The notes: a model not told the origin generated them from the sequence alone. Counted from the first letter of the stretch, positions 22,649-37,200 are shown. The stretch: 64,000 bases of DNA from Anthoceros angustus (GCA_010909165.1 MU008154.1:558001-622000), one strand, 5' to 3'. Program-made: numbers and translations.

Positions 22649-25129
22649 TATGTCGCCCGCTTGTTAGGTTACTCCAGACGTGCCGCTTTCTCACAATCCT
22701 TCTTACCGCTTATTTTGACGGGAGTCCGGTGCGGCGGCTTAGTGCGGTCGGCGTTGTTAGTGCGGTGCGGCGGTGTTACGGGACAGGGACTCTTCATTCA
22801 CGCTCGGGGCCAGGGGCGTGGAGGGTCCATGGCAAACCAAACTTCCGGGAGTTCGAGGGGAGACGTCATGCCACCGCCGTGAAGTGTCTACTCACCTTCC
22901 GCCCCTGCATCAAGATTGAATGTGAGGAGGATGCTTTGTGACCACGCTCACGCTTTGTGCTTGATGAGGATAACGCACGGTTCTGTAAGGCCTGCACGGG
23001 CAGTGCATGTTGTGATTCCGCTCCGGTTGGAATGTCAAGCTTGTATCCTTTGGATCTTTCAAGCCGATCCGACTTGGGAGTTGGGGTATCCTGGATCAGA
23101 GGAATGCTAATGAAGGCACGTTAGAATTTCTGCAAGGCTCGTGGCCTGCAGGATCGGGCCGAGCCGGTGGGTGTCGTGGACGCATAAGCCGCACCGCCTA
23201 TGTGCAAATTCAAGTTGGAGCATGACATTCGAAGGTTACTAGCTTCGGAGTAGTTCAAGGTGCAAAAGGAGTTCCTGGACAAAATTCAAACATTGGTGCG
23301 ACCCGCTTAAACTGAGACAATGTCCTATGACTCGGGAGGCCTGGGTGACTTGGGCTGCAACCCTGACCAACAAGAGGTTGATTGTCCACATGTTGAAGGT
23401 TCTAACGGCAATAACAAATAGGTTTGAAAACCTGAAAGAGGACGCCCAGGCGGGTGGTAAGCAGTACCACCCCCAGTGGTTTCAAGTTCATGTGTTGTCC
23501 TTGAAGACAGCCGCAACACTACTTGCTGAGAAGTTGTAGTGAGCTATAGCAAGCATGAAGCCGGCGTTAAGAACTTTGTGGATGTGTTTGACATTGCTTC
23601 GCGCTTCTCGCTACCGGCTTGACTTGTATCTCCGGGTAAATGGCCCTAGTTTTCCCATTTTCAATCATTGCAAACAAAGGACTCCATGCACTCTTCGCCT
23701 GACTCTTGGTCACGTTGGCCTCAAATCTTTGGTCCCCTATGCCGTTCGAAGTCGTTGAAAGGATCGAGGTCGAATTTTCAAAATCTATCGCCAGTGATTG
23801 GCCATCCAGGCCTTGCTTTCCTTACACTTGGGCATGTTACAGCAAAAGTAATCATGTCACCCACCCCTTTCAGTGGCCTTATGCACACGAGTGGCCTCCA
23901 GCATTGGCAATTTAAAGCCGGCAAGCACTTCGTAGACCACGCAAGCTAGCCCGCCTTTGTCCTTTGTGGAGATCAGATTTGCGGACTTTCGCTCTTGTAT
24001 GCAATGGAAGCTGTTGCGCACTTGGGAGGAGTGGTTGGTGTGGGGGAGGGGACATGGAATCTTCAAGCCGGATTAGGCAAGCTGGCCCAGGGCACCCTCT
24101 TCGCGCCGGAGGTGAGTATCATCAGCCATTTGTCAATGAAAGTCACTAGTCACCTTACCGCACACTACTTGCATCGAATGGAACGGGCCAAGGCACGCCA
24201 GCGCTACTGGAAGAAGGTCCGAGATCAGTGTGTGGCCCCATATGCCAGGCCTTCCACTGCCGCCAGGCACGCTGCTGCACATCATGGAGGTGGTCGGGTT
24301 GACGGCGAAGGCACCGATCTGCACAGTTTCCGGGGGACTCAAGCGAGGAGGACACTGGCGATGTGATAGATTGAGGCGCCACCCGAGGTCGGGCAACAAG
24401 TTCCTTCCGTCTGGCTAGCTCGCACATCCACGACACTAGATAGGTTGTGTGACAATGGGTGGATGGCGGAGCGATCCTTGATGCTTATTTTGTGGCATTG
24501 TACATTACATCGACTTTGGGCCACGAGGGTGGCGTGTGAAATCGGTGGTGTGGCATATTTTGGATCTTTGGTTTCATGTTAAAGCTGGTTAAGAGTCAGC
24601 CTCTTTGTTGTGTGTTCATCCACAAAATGTCTACATGGCCGTGTGTCGAAACTAATCGGTGTCATTGGAATTGCATATGTGTCCGCGCCACGAGCTCGAA
24701 TCTGGATCGCTCGAGCGCCAGAGACCATCCGAGGCCCTCTTTTCTCGCGCAATTCTGGGTTTGCTCGTAATTGAGCAATTACAACCGGGTAGCCTCCTCC
24801 CAACGTTGCTAAGAACTACAAACGGAGAATTGCTTCACAGGACCCACAAAAAACCAGGTGCATTCTCCCACAAGTAACATGATTGTCAAAAGTGCAAGGA
24901 TTCACATCTATGCCAATTATGGATGCTTGCACATTAATACTGTCCATCCACAACATCCTACACACGTCTACAAGCCTTGACAAAAAAGTGACCACCAGGG
25001 ACTAAGAACAAAGCAAGCCCATGTATATTTTGCAGCAGGACCCCTCCCTTTACGCTATGTCACCACAACTTGATCCAACCATGTTCTATATCCAAAGCAG
25101 AGTAAAAAGCTGGAGTGTTCTTGTTCTTC

Positions 25130-25220
25130 TCATTGGCCACAGGAATAGCTACCATTGGAAACTTCGTGGTCGTGATGCTCCTAAGCATTATTGGGTCACC
25201 ACGTGGCTCAATCCTGAGCT
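25130..25220 (+). pseudogene. Possible Ulp1/C48 cysteine-protease remnant (His/Asp part; Gln/Cys part perhaps at ~44430-44490)
   Basis: LLIGHRNSYHWKL(VVVMLL)..HV(D)SIL with assumed single-base shifts; VQES.YQCMTW beyond the nested insertion. Short motifs only. Confidence 0.3.
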
Positions 25221-27695
25221 GGTAGGCACTTTTGTCGATGAGCACCGCTCATAGTAGTAACCTTTTCACAACCTTTTCACCGCTGCAAAATCTCACCATC
25301 CCACGCTGGATCCAGTTGCACACCGTGGACTACGGACTTTGGGGGCTAGGAAATAGGCGGGGTTTTGTTTTTGTAGAAGGATAAAATGAGGCCAAAAAAG
25401 GGGAAATAAGCATGGATAGCACTCGACGGCACCGAGTATACTCGGACCGGAGTGAGGAACGCATTCGGACCTACTATGGCGTGTAACGGGATAAGTCGGA
25501 CCCACCTGTGACCAAGGTGATAAGTACGCCAGGAAAGTAACTTAGGAGTTGAGCCGAGGACGACCAGCGACGCCACGCGACCCCTCGAGTGGAGGACGGC
25601 ATGCACCGCCAGACGTAACTGCCAGAGGTCAAGAGTAGTATTCACGCCCCGCGCGCGCGTAAGGCCGCAGTACGCGCGCGTAAGGCCGCAGGCGGAGGCG
25701 TAAGGTCGAATAAGCCATGCACCGCGCTACACGTGGAAGAGGCGCCCGCCCGCGTTACTCAAGGCGCGGCCAAGGGAAGGGCTACCGCGCAGCCGAGACA
25801 CGCGATCTCTTGCGCTCCATGATCCGGCTCTCTGGCGGTATCTCGTGGGACACTCAGACGCCGCTCACCGCTGAGGTTGGAGCAACGCCAAGAAGGCGAA
25901 CGCGTGCCGTCTCCCAAGCGCTACAAGAACCAAGGAAGGAGAAGGCGATGGCACCCAAAAAGCGCGAAGTTTGGGAGCCATGGAACCTTGTGGAGCGCAA
26001 CATTGTGACTCGGCGCTATCCGGACTTTGGGCCCCGCCCGGGGTGAGAATTGGTGCAGGAGTGGCATTTGGATGTGTCCATGGTCCGGACGCTCGATAGT
26101 GTCACTGTCCGGAGTTCGCCCGAAAATGCGGCGGTCTCGACAAGCTCTGACAACCAGGAGGAAGGCGATGGCACCCAAAAAGCTGCGGAAGTTTGGGAGC
26201 CATGGAACCTTGTGGGCGCAACATTGTGACTCGGCGCTATCCGGACTTTGGGCCACGGCTCCGAGGCGAGGGAATTGGTGCGGGAGTGGCATTTGGATGT
26301 GTTCGGATGGTGCGGTTCGATAGTGTCACAGTCAGTTCGCGGAAAATCTTGGCGGTCAATAAGGAGGTGCGGTCCAAGAACCTCGGGAGGACCCAAGGCG
26401 ATGGACCTTGGAGGTCTGAGGCGGCCTACAACCGCCCAAAGGAGGAAGAAGGGGAGTGGTGCGGGCCCCTCAAGGCGGCGAAGGGAAGATAGGGCCGCCA
26501 CGCGGCGCCGAGGCTCGACGCAGCGACCACCAACGGTTGGGCGATATCCGACTGTTGGACGGTCGAGTAAGGCGGTAGCCCGGATCATTGTCCATCGAAC
26601 CTACTCACCAAGGTGGATCACCTTGGTGATAATCGCTGGTATTCCCCGCATGCCGCAATGGGAAGAGGCGGTGGGAAGGATTATTTTCGCCTGCTTAGCA
26701 GAGGCCCGCAAGCTCAGACCGAGAAGCCTCGCATCTCCGCCCCCATACCGATCCATGTATGGGGGCATTTCGAGCCCCTCAAGGAAGGAGAGCTTGAGCG
26801 AGCGCCCGAAAGGACCTGAGGCCCCGGGAAGTGGAGCGGCAAGGGCGCCGAGGGAGGAGGCCGATCGTCAAGGCCAAACGGACCCGGGAGGAGGACGATC
26901 GAGGATTCCGACTCCATACCGAACGGACCCCTCACCACCCAGTATGGGAAGAAATTCCCCGCTTCCTCCTCCCCCGGTGCCCCAACCGAGCCCACAGAGG
27001 CGCCTGACCCCAGCAGCCCCGCCACCCCACAACCCCTACCGAGGAGCCCGGACTGGGAGGGAGCCAAGAGACGCAAGACCACGGCTGGCACCTCGGTCGG
27101 TGCAGTGCCTCCCACCTTGCGGGTGCAAGCGGAGGAAGCGATGGGAGGCGAAAGGGACGCCTGTGAGCAGGAGGACACCGGGCAGAGCCACTCGAGCCGG
27201 GTCCTGCCGACATGTGAAGGGGCAAAAGGCTTGCTCCGGACTCCCTCACCTCCTCCGAGCCCCTGGAGGAAAAGGAGAAGGAGCTCGCGCCAAAGGGCCA
27301 AGGAGGGTGAAGCTCGGAGCTCGGCCTCGGGACCTAAGGGTCCCGATTAGGTCCGAGAACCCACCGACTTACTCGGACAGTATGGAGGTCCTTGGCGACT
27401 GAAATGCCGGCCCGCCACGGACTTTGTGGGAGCCTCATCAGCATGCCGGAAGAAACACGGCGGGTCACAGCTACCGTCATGGACGGTATGCTGGGGTCTC
27501 GGGATGGCCGAGAAGACCTGTGAGGTAGAAGCCACCCGAGGCGCATGGTACTCCTCCGTGAGCAGCTGGAGGGAGCCTGTGAGGCAAGAAGGAAGGCCAA
27601 GCCTCACGGATTGAGGAGGGGAAACGGAGGAGAGGAGAGGAGGTCTGGTCCATCCAAGGACGGACCAAATTCGTGGAGGATTTGACCATGCCAAG

Positions 27696-30600
27696 TGAAG
27701 GATCGTGATGGTGGAAAGAGGAGAGGAGAGGAGGAGGCAAGAGTAGCTCTCACATTGAGATGAGGCTTGGAGGGTATTTATACCTCCAATAGGCTCCTAG
27801 GAAGCTCCACAAGAAGCTCCTAGGAAGGAGCACAAGAAGCTTCCTAGTGATTAGCTTAAGCTAAACTAATGATACTTAATCGACACCTAACTTAGACTAA
27901 GTGTATTAGTCTAAGTATTGGGCTTTAATACCCTTACAACCTCCCACTTAAAGGCCAATTTACCTTCAGAGGAGAATGGACTATCTCATGCCCATGTCCG
28001 AGCTTGTGCAAATTGCTCGTAGAGAGTCCCTTGGTAAGAATATCTCAGGTTCGCCGGTGTGAACCTTGACAAGTTGTACCCTCTTGTCATCCAACACCTC
28101 TCGAATGAAGTGATACTTCACATCCACATGTTTAGTCTTCGCATGAAACATGGATTCTTTGCCAATTGGATAGCACTGCTATCACAATGCAACACCGGCA
28201 CTCAACCTTGATCCCCAAGTCTCCCACTAAACGAGCAAGCCATATGGCTTCCTTGCAAGCCTCTGTCGCAACATACTCGGCCTCCGTGGTAGATAGCGAA
28301 TGCACGATCGCAAACGAGATCGCCATGAGATCGCCCTCCAAAGGCACGTGAAGACATAACCCGATGTGGACCTCCTTTGTCCATATCCTCGCATAAAGAT
28401 CTGTACCCAACCACACATGCATCTTCACTACCAAAACATATGCACAAAGCTTTTGTACCATTCGGATACCTCATAACTCCTTTTATCGCCTCCCAATGCT
28501 TCTTGCCGTGGTTTGACATAAACTCGCTAACCACTCCCACCGCAAAGGCAATGTCGGGACGTAGCAATCATTGCATACATCAAACTCCCTACCGATGAGT
28601 ATGGGACCTTCTCCATTTCAGCTTTTGTCCTCCTCGTAGCTTGGGCAATCCGCGCTTGAAAGTTTCACATATGGAGGCAATGGAGTACCCAATGGCTTCC
28701 CTTCTCCATGTTGAAACGTTGAAGCACTGTTAATGTATTCCGTCGAGACAAATAAAGCGCGCTTATGTCTGCTCCGACGAATACGCATGCCAAGTATATG
28801 GCTCGCCTCCCAAGTCTCTATTTCAAAGTGAGCATTCAACTTTGACTTCAACGAAATCTCATCAAGATCGCTCCAAAGAATTAGCATATCATCCACATAG
28901 AGGATCAAAATGAGCAAGCTTTGATCCTTAGCTTGCTTCAGATAGAGGCAATGATCCTCATCGCTACGCTTGTAGCCTTGAGAAAGCATAAATGAGTGGA
29001 ACTTGTGATACCACTCGGTGCCTGCTTCAAACCATAAAGGCTCTTCCTCAACTCGCACCGATGCTCTTTGCCCTTCTCAACAAAACCTTCCGTTGCATGT
29101 GTAGACGCCCTCTTGAAGGTCACCATGCAAGAATGCCGTCTTGACATCCATCCGCATAAGTTCCATATCATCCTCGCAACCAAAGCAAGAACACATCGCA
29201 AAGTTGTCATTTTGACTCGGTGAGAAAATCTCATCAAAGTCAATGCCTCGGTTGTTGCTTGAAACCCTTAGCAACCAATGGGCCTTGTACTTTGGTTTGC
29301 CATCAAGCGGTATGACCTTCATCTTGTACACCCATTTGCACCAGAGTGCCTTCTTATCCTAGGCAACCAACCAACTCCCAAGTTTGGTTCTTATGCGCAA
29401 TTCATGATCGCATGGCCTTCTCCCACTTGTCTTTGTTACTCGCTGATGAGCCTCTTTGTAAGAAGAGGGTTCCCCACAACTGCCGCATAACATAATCCAG
29501 ATGGATCATACCCGCTGAGGTCGTGTAATCCCGCCGACACGAAGCATGTGCACCTCTATAGGAGCTTGTTCGACTCTTGGTTCATCATCGGTGGAGGAAT
29601 GTGCTCTCACATTACCACTATCAACCCCGCCCATGATGATCATGTCCATCTTCTTGGAAGATCACCCTTCGCACCTCCACGCTTGGAGTAGGCTTCTGCA
29701 TCTTGTTCTCATTGAAGAACACGCCGTTAGTACGAACAACCTTTCTAGCCGGATCCCACAAACGGTATCCCATCTCACCGAATCACCATAGCCAAGAAAA
29801 ATACATTTCTTGGACTTAGGTGCCAACTTGTCCCGAAACTCTTTTGGAACATGGCAAGATGCCTCACCCAAACACGCGCAGATGCTTGTAGGATGGTTTC
29901 TTTCCGCACCATAGCTCCTCGAACTCGCCATCAACAAATTTTATTAGGAGATCTGTTAATAAGATGAACGCAGAGACATCGCTCGCCCAAAACCCATTAG
30001 GCAATCCGTAGTTTGACAACAAACTACGCATCCTCTCCTCGAATGGTTCTCATCCGCACCACACCATTTTGTGGAGGAGATACGGCGCATCAATTCTCTT
30101 TTGATTCCCTTGGAATCAGAATCGAAAGCTGAAACATACTCGCCACCATTATCCGCCCCTTAGACACTTCAATCGGTGGCCGATCGATTCTCTACAAGGG
30201 TGACAAATTTCAAACACCGAACTTCATCCTTTTTCCTCAAAGGATAAACCCACACCTTGCGTGAGAAAATCATCTATGAAAGTGACAAAATAGAGGCACC
30301 GCCTAATGATGCAGAGGCATAGGTCCACATACATCAGTGAACCAACTCAAGAGGTTTACTTCTACTTTTACCTCGTGTTCGATGTGATGATTTTGTCTGC
30401 TTCCCATATAAACAGGCTCACACATCGAGAGATCGAGAAGTTAAGAACAGGATATAACCGTAATCTAGATAAAACCTTCATTCCCTTCTCGAGACATATG
30501 TCCTAACCGCAATGCCACAAGGAAACATTTGGTTGCTCCACACGATCACATGATCTTTGAGGTTTACTCAAGTGAGTACAAAGTGCCACACTTCGATCCA

Positions 30601-32752
30601 CGAGCTAACACAAGAGAACCTTTGGAGATCTTCCAAGAGTGATCCCCAAAACCAGCGGTAACCAAAGATCATCCAACCGCGCTAATCATGCTCTTTGTCA
30701 ACTTCGAACATGCCTAACGCCCTTCAAAGATGAATGAAGATCCGTTGTCAAACTTGAGTTGCACATCACCCACGCGCGATCCGCATGCATAGTTATTTCC
30801 AAGCCTAACGCATCCTTTCCTTGTAGCATCATACGTTAAACCACTCTATGCGGAGTAACATGGAAAGATGCACCGAGTCAATTATCCAATTGCGTAATAA
30901 ATGACTATCCACTACATGTGCAGATTCAAGTAAGAAGAGATAAGGACATCTCCGTCCTCAACGTAGTTTAACTCTTCCAACTCGATGCATTTAAGTCGCC
31001 TTCTTGTCGCCCCGCTTCTTCTCTTTTCCTTGGTCCTTTTGAACTTCGCACTCTCTTTTGAAGTGACCCCTTTTGTGACAATAGTGACACTCCACATTCT
31101 TGTTACGACTAGATTTGCTACGAGAGAAGCTTCGTCCGGTTGCTTCCCTTCGTGGACCTCCCTCTCACTATGAGGGCACCGGAACCTTTGGAAGGTTCCA
31201 TGTTTTTCCTGCTCACCTCCTCGCCATGTGCTACCTTCTACATTTACAATGGTAAGACCACTAGCGTGTAATTACTGAGCACGAAGGTGTCCCAACTCTG
31301 TAATGTGACCAAACATAGCTCTCACTAACTGGGAACGTGATACCTTGAGATGAGAGCTGAAAATGGTATTGAAATCATTCGATGATCGGACATCCTCGTC
31401 CCTTCCTTCATCTTCAAGTCCACCAGTTTCAACCAATACACGAGAAGCCTTTGCTTCTCATACAGTGTCACATACACACCGTAACTCGTGGTCTTATCTT
31501 TCACATTGAAGTACACGCTTTTGACAATGTTAGCATGATAGTAGATCTAGCAAGCTCATCCAGTCCCGCCACTCATCCCGTGTCATACTATCCGGTTTGA
31601 CGCCTAACAACTTTATGGGCTTGATCCGCGCACTAGAACATTATACACTTGTTCTTTCCAACGGGAAGTTAGTACCATCTAACTTCTCGATATTGAACAT
31701 GACGTTTTCGATGATGAAGACATCATGACTCAAAAATCGATACGATAAACACTCAACTCGCCTTGTTAGAAAAGTCAAAGAAGAAAAAGCCACCGTGCGG
31801 TCGTGTATTTTGCTTATTCCAGAGTATTCCAATATCCGCCGCCGCCGCCGCTCGCACTGCTCGGCCGCTCACCGCTGCACCGCGCACGCGCGCCTGCACG
31901 CCACCGCACGCACCGCCGGCGCCGCCACACCACCCGGCCCGCGGCCGGCCCGGCGCGCGCGGCAGCGCGCGCCGCGCGCCGCCGCGCTGGGCGCTGCCGC
32001 GGGCCGGGCGCCGCGCGGCCCAAGGCGCGCCGCGGCCGCGCTGCCGCTCAAGGCCGCGGCGCGCTGCGCCGCGGCCGCTGCGCGGCCGCGCGCCGCGCTG
32101 CGGGCGCCGGCGCTGCGCGGCGCGCCCGCGGCGCGCCGCGCTGGCGCGCGCTGGGCGGCCGGCTGGGCGGCCGCGCGCTGGCGCGCGCGCGGCGCTCGGC
32201 TCGCGGCGCGCCGCGGCGCGCGCGCCCGCGGCTCGCGGCCGCCGGCCGCGCTGCGCGGCGCTGCTCGCCGCGCCGCGCTCGGCCGGCCCGCGCGCTGCGG
32301 GCCGCGCCCGCGCGCCGCGCCTCGCGCTGCCCGGCTCGCACGCCGCGCTCGCGCTGCCCCGCGCGGCCGCGCACGGCCCGCCGGCTCGCTCGCCCGCCAT
32401 CCGGGCCCAGCCTCGCCCCGCCGCGGATCACTCACCGCCGCGATCTGCCCAGCTAGAAAATTCTAGCATCACAACACAACCAAACCATGGCTCGATACCG
32501 CTTGAAGGATCGTGGGGCGCATGCCGGTGGAAGAGGAGAGGAGAGGAGGAGGCAAGAGTAGCTCTCTCACATTGAGATGAGGCTTGGAGGGTATTTATAC
32601 CCTCAAGCTCCTAGGAAGCTCCACAAGAAGCTCCTAGGAAGGAGCACAAGAAGCTTCCTAGTGATTAGCTTAAGCTAAACTAATGATACTTAATCGACAC
32701 CTAACTTAGACTAAGTGTATTAGTCTAAGTATATTGGGCTTTACACCTTATA
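27696..32752 (-). mobile_element. Full-length Ty1/copia retrotransposon; LTRs 27696-27938 and 32503-32752; TSD CCAAG
   Basis: Near-identical ~245-bp LTRs; CCAAG at 27691-27695 and 32753-32757; Met-i-like PBS (rc cggtatcgagcc) at ~32488-32500; PPT aagtgggagg. Gag IEKLDGTNF, CHYCHKRGH; PR WIIDS; INT DNGGEY; RT MDVKTAFLHGDL, YVDDMLI; RNase H TKHVDVKYHFIRE. Many frameshifts. Confidence 0.95.
31835..32452. other. Almost pure G/C low-complexity tract in the copia 5' leader
   Basis: ~620 bp with only sporadic A/T, lying between the PBS and gag. Confidence 0.9.
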
Positions 32753-34294
32753 CCAAGGAGGCCCAAGCGCTGGCGGAGGACCTCAGCAGAGGCGAGCGCA
32801 GCCAGAGGCTGAGGGCGCAAGCACAAGGATCCGCGAGGCATGACCGACCGCAGCCAAGCCGAGGCTCGTGAAGGTGGACAAGGAGGCGGAAAGCATGGCG
32901 GCCGTATCGCGATCACTACTCGTGATCGAACCGGTGGAGGAGGCCGAGAGAGCCACGCCAACTGGGCCGAGCAGTGGCAATGTGAGCAAGCACGAGCCGC
33001 AAGGTAACACGGAGGCCAAAGACCCGGAAATCGGGGACCCCTGTATGCCAGGAAGTAGAAGGAAGGCGGCAGGAGTTGGAGGACAGCAAGGACACCTTGG
33101 AGTTACAACTCCAAGACGCGTCGGAGGAGCAAGGAGTTCTCAATGAGAGAATCCAGGACTTCGAGCGGGAGATAGAGCGCCTCCAGCTCTGCCTGAAGAT
33201 GGAGCAGGAGGTGGCGGAGCAAGCACGGACCAGCCAGGGCCAAGAAGGTCGCGACAGGGAGATGGAGGACCTCCGGACTCAGCTCCGGGAGGTGGAGTAG
33301 CAATGCGGTGAGATGGAGGACCTAAGAGGAGACTTTGAGCATCCAAACTATCATTGAGAGGAATGGTAGTCTAGGGACATGGTCGCGAACGCATCCGGAA
33401 ATAGAGCGGCTCCGCTCGCTGGGCGGACGGAGTCAAGACGGCGATGGAACAGGAGCGTGACGCCGAGATGGAGAAGGGCCTGGGCGAAGCCCGCAGTCTG
33501 GCAGTGTTGCCCGACCGTCTGGAGCGGGAGATGGCGGAGTTAAAAATGTACGGACAAAGAAGAGGCGAAGCAAAGAAGCCGGTCCACCGAGGAAGTTTGG
33601 GAACGCTGCGCTATGGCGGGCAAGCTGGCAGCGGAACGGAAGCGGAGGGAGTTGGAGCAGGGAGCAACAGCGATAGGCTGGGAGGTGACTGAGGCTCGCG
33701 AGAAAGGCCCACTATATCAAACCCGGCGGGGAGGTGGAGCAACAAGGCAACAGCGGCTCCCTGAGCACCTATGGCGAAGGGAGTATCGGGTGCTCAAGAC
33801 GTGGAAGAGGCAATCCAGCAAGTGATTCGGACTTTGCCTATTACCACGAGCTCCCCGGCGGTAGAGGCCTCTCACCGCACGGACCCCGGAAGGCCTTGGG
33901 AGGGGAAGAAGGGCACGGGATGTGACAGGACCCTAGGGGCCCTGTTTGGAGACGACGGCAACAAGGAGAGGAGACCCAAGAGGAGCGGACGCACGGACCC
34001 CAAGGTAAGTTCACCACCACCCGCCCGAGAAGGGGTGACGGGCCTGAAGGTGCAGGAGGGAGCCAACCCGAACCAAGACAAAAGTCGGGGGTAAGGAGGA
34101 GGACCTAGCGATCTGAGGTCCAGGAAAGGGTCCGAGCTTGGGGACCGGACCCACGTGTGGACTCGAGAATAAGCCGGACCCCAGTGGAGGCAGGACGAGG
34201 CGGACCCCGGTGGACTCGAGAATAAGCCGGACCCACAGGTTGGGGCTCGGGTCGAGGCCAGGACCTCGAGGTCGGACTTGGCAAGAAGGAGGAG

Positions 34295-37200
34295 TGTGGA
34301 ATGGGTTTTGCATCCGAAGGCGCAAAGAGGCCACATTTACCCTCTATGTCGTTATAGTCCTAGGATTCGATCCCAAGGGAATGGTTTTGTGTCAAGATGT
34401 TCTAAACTATGGGTTCTAGTCCTCCTACAATCGGTTCCTACCTACCATAATCAACTCAGGTCCGATCCCACTGGTGGTAAGTTCGACCACTGGGTGTTCG
34501 CCACCGCTGTGGTGGATTCCGCCACAGGGATTCCGCCACCGCAGGATTCCGCCACTGCAGGGATTCCGCCACCGCGTGGTGGATTCGCCACCGCGATGTG
34601 GACCCACCCGGTGGGACCCACCGACCGGCCGCGATCGACTATTTGGCGCCCGGTTCCCCGCCACGCCTGTTAAGGGCTATGGTCCTATGCACACAGTTCA
34701 CATGTACACCAAGTCACACTCATGTGGATTCACACCCGAGCTCACCGTGGATGCGCACCATGGCCACGCACGCGGGCACCTCACTCCGACCTTCCTCGAC
34801 CCCACAATTTATTCCCAACCTTCCTCGCTGCATTTTCCGGACTCTCGCTCACCACTTCCTAGACTCTCTTCACACAACGACTCACTCACCCCTTTCTTCT
34901 AGGACCTCATACACCACCGCACAAGATGTTCCCACAGATCCTCCTCTCTTGGGCCACAGACCTCCTGGGCCACAGACCTCTCCTTGGGCCACATGCACCT
35001 CCTGGGCCACAGACCTCCTGGGCCACACCCCTCCTGGGCCACATGCACTCTCCTTGGGCCACAGACCCTCCTTGGGCCACACAGACCCTCCTTGGGCCAC
35101 ATGCACCTCCTTGGGATTAGACACAACAGAGTTGGGTTGAAAGGAAAACAAATGGTCGGCTCCACAGGCGATTCGCACACCGCGATCTCACCCGGTCCTC
35201 TGGAATTTCCCTCTCTGGCATGCATTGAGCACCCTTCACCACTAGTCACCCCTGCACGTGAGCTTGGTCACTCGGCTCTCGACCATCCAGGATCTCCCGG
35301 CCCTCTTGTGACGAGAGGACAAGACAATCAAATCATCATCGATCGGATGTCTCCAACCAACCACGCGCACAAATTCGACACACGGAGCTCACACCGAAAT
35401 TGTCTAAGAGAGACACTAAGGGTCTCTTATACATCCGTGGCCATAGCTCACTTTCCCAAAGGTTCTAAAGATGGCTAACCTACCTCCAAAGGTTCTAAAG
35501 ATGGCTAACCTACCACGCGCCTACCAATTCGGTATCTACTTCACAAGCTTCCTAGCACCTTATCCTCTAATCCAAGTGAAAGCCTCGACCTATGATGCCT
35601 CCTCTAAAATCAGCGCGCCTCGTCGCCTAACCTGGGCCCATGGGTGTTCCCTACTCTCCTACCACGCCTCATCCGAAGGCGCAAAGGCCACATTTACCCT
35701 CTATGTCGTTATAGTCCTAGGATTCGATCCCAAGGGAATGGTTTTGTGTCAAGATGTTCTAAACTATGGGTTCTAGTCCTCCTACAATCGGTTCCTACCG
35801 CCATAATCAACTACGTGTCCCACCGTGGTAAGTTCGACCCGCGTGGTGGTAAGTTCGCCACCGCCGTGGTGGATTCCGCCACCGTGGTGGATTCCGCCAC
35901 CGCCGTGGTGGATTCCGCCCGCGTGGTGGATTCGCCACCGCCGTGGTGGTTTCACCGCGATGGTGACCCACCGTGGTGGGACCCACCCGACCGTGCGCGC
36001 GTCGCGATCGACTATTTGGCGCCCGGTTCCCCCACGCGCTTGTTAAGGGCTATGGTCCTATGCACAGTTCACATGTACACCAAGTCACACTCATGTGGAT
36101 TCACACCCGAGCTCACCGTGGATGCGCACCATGGCCCGCGCGTCGGCACCTCACTCCGTCGCTGATTTCCTCGACCCCACAATTTATTCCCAACCTTCCT
36201 CTTCGCATTTTCCGGACTCGCTCACCACTTCCTAGACTCCTCTTCACAACGACTCACTCACCCCTTTCTTCCAGGACCTCATACACCACCGCGCACAAGA
36301 TGTTCCCACAGATCCTCCTCTCTTGGGCCACAGACCTCTCCTTGGGCCACACGGACCCCCCTCTGGGCCACAGACCCCTCTTGGGCCAGACCCTCCTTGG
36401 GCCAGACCCTCCTTGGGCCACAGACCACAGACCCTCCTTGGGCCACAGACCCTCCTTGGGCCACACAGACCCTCCTTGGGATTAGACACAATGGTTAGGC
36501 AGGTTGGGAAAGGAAAAAAAAAACAGGAGTCGGCTCCACACAGTGATTCGCACACCGCGATCTCACCCGGTCCCTGCGAATTTCCCTCTCTGGCATGCAT
36601 TGAGCACCCTTCACCACTAGTCACCCAGACGGAGCTTGGTCACTCGGCTCTCGACCATCCAGGATCTCCCGGCCCTCTTGTGTGAGGGCGGCTGAATCAG
36701 CCCATCATCGGATGTCTCCAACCAACCACGCACAAATTCGACACACGGAGCTCACACGAAATTGTCTAAGAGAGACACTCAAGGGTCTCTTATACATCCG
36801 GCGCAGGCGCCATAGCTCACTTTCCCAGTGTCTAAAGATGGCTAACCTACCTCCAGTGTCTAAAGATGGCTAACCTACCACGAGCGCGCCTACCAATTCG
36901 GGTATCTACAGGTTCACAAGCTTCCTAGCACCTTATCCTCTAATCCAAGTGAAAGCCTCGACCTATGATGCCTCCCTCTAAAATCAGCGCCACCTCATTG
37001 TGGCCTAGCCACCCGGCCCATGGGTGTTCCCTCGCTCTCCTACCACGCCTCGATCCGAAGATCCTCCCTTAATATCTCCACCTCACTCCCGCTATCAGGG
37101 TCCCTTCACTCCTCCTAGGAGGCGCCGTCTCTCGCCCCTGCGCGTTCCTCGCTCCTCATCGCGGGCGCCAAACTGCGTTCCATCCACGCTCTAGCCTCCG

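Noticed and set aside
22125-22941. Cys/Gly/Met/Trp-rich and His/Pro-rich ORFs
   Set aside because: Translations of a stop-free simple repeat.
31753-32575. Six-frame Ala/Arg/Pro/Gly ORFs
   Set aside because: A GC-only tract cannot contain stop codons.
34480-35115. Short repeat arrays resembling CRISPR
   Set aside because: No unique spacers and no cas genes; they are LTR-internal tandem repeats in eukaryotic DNA.
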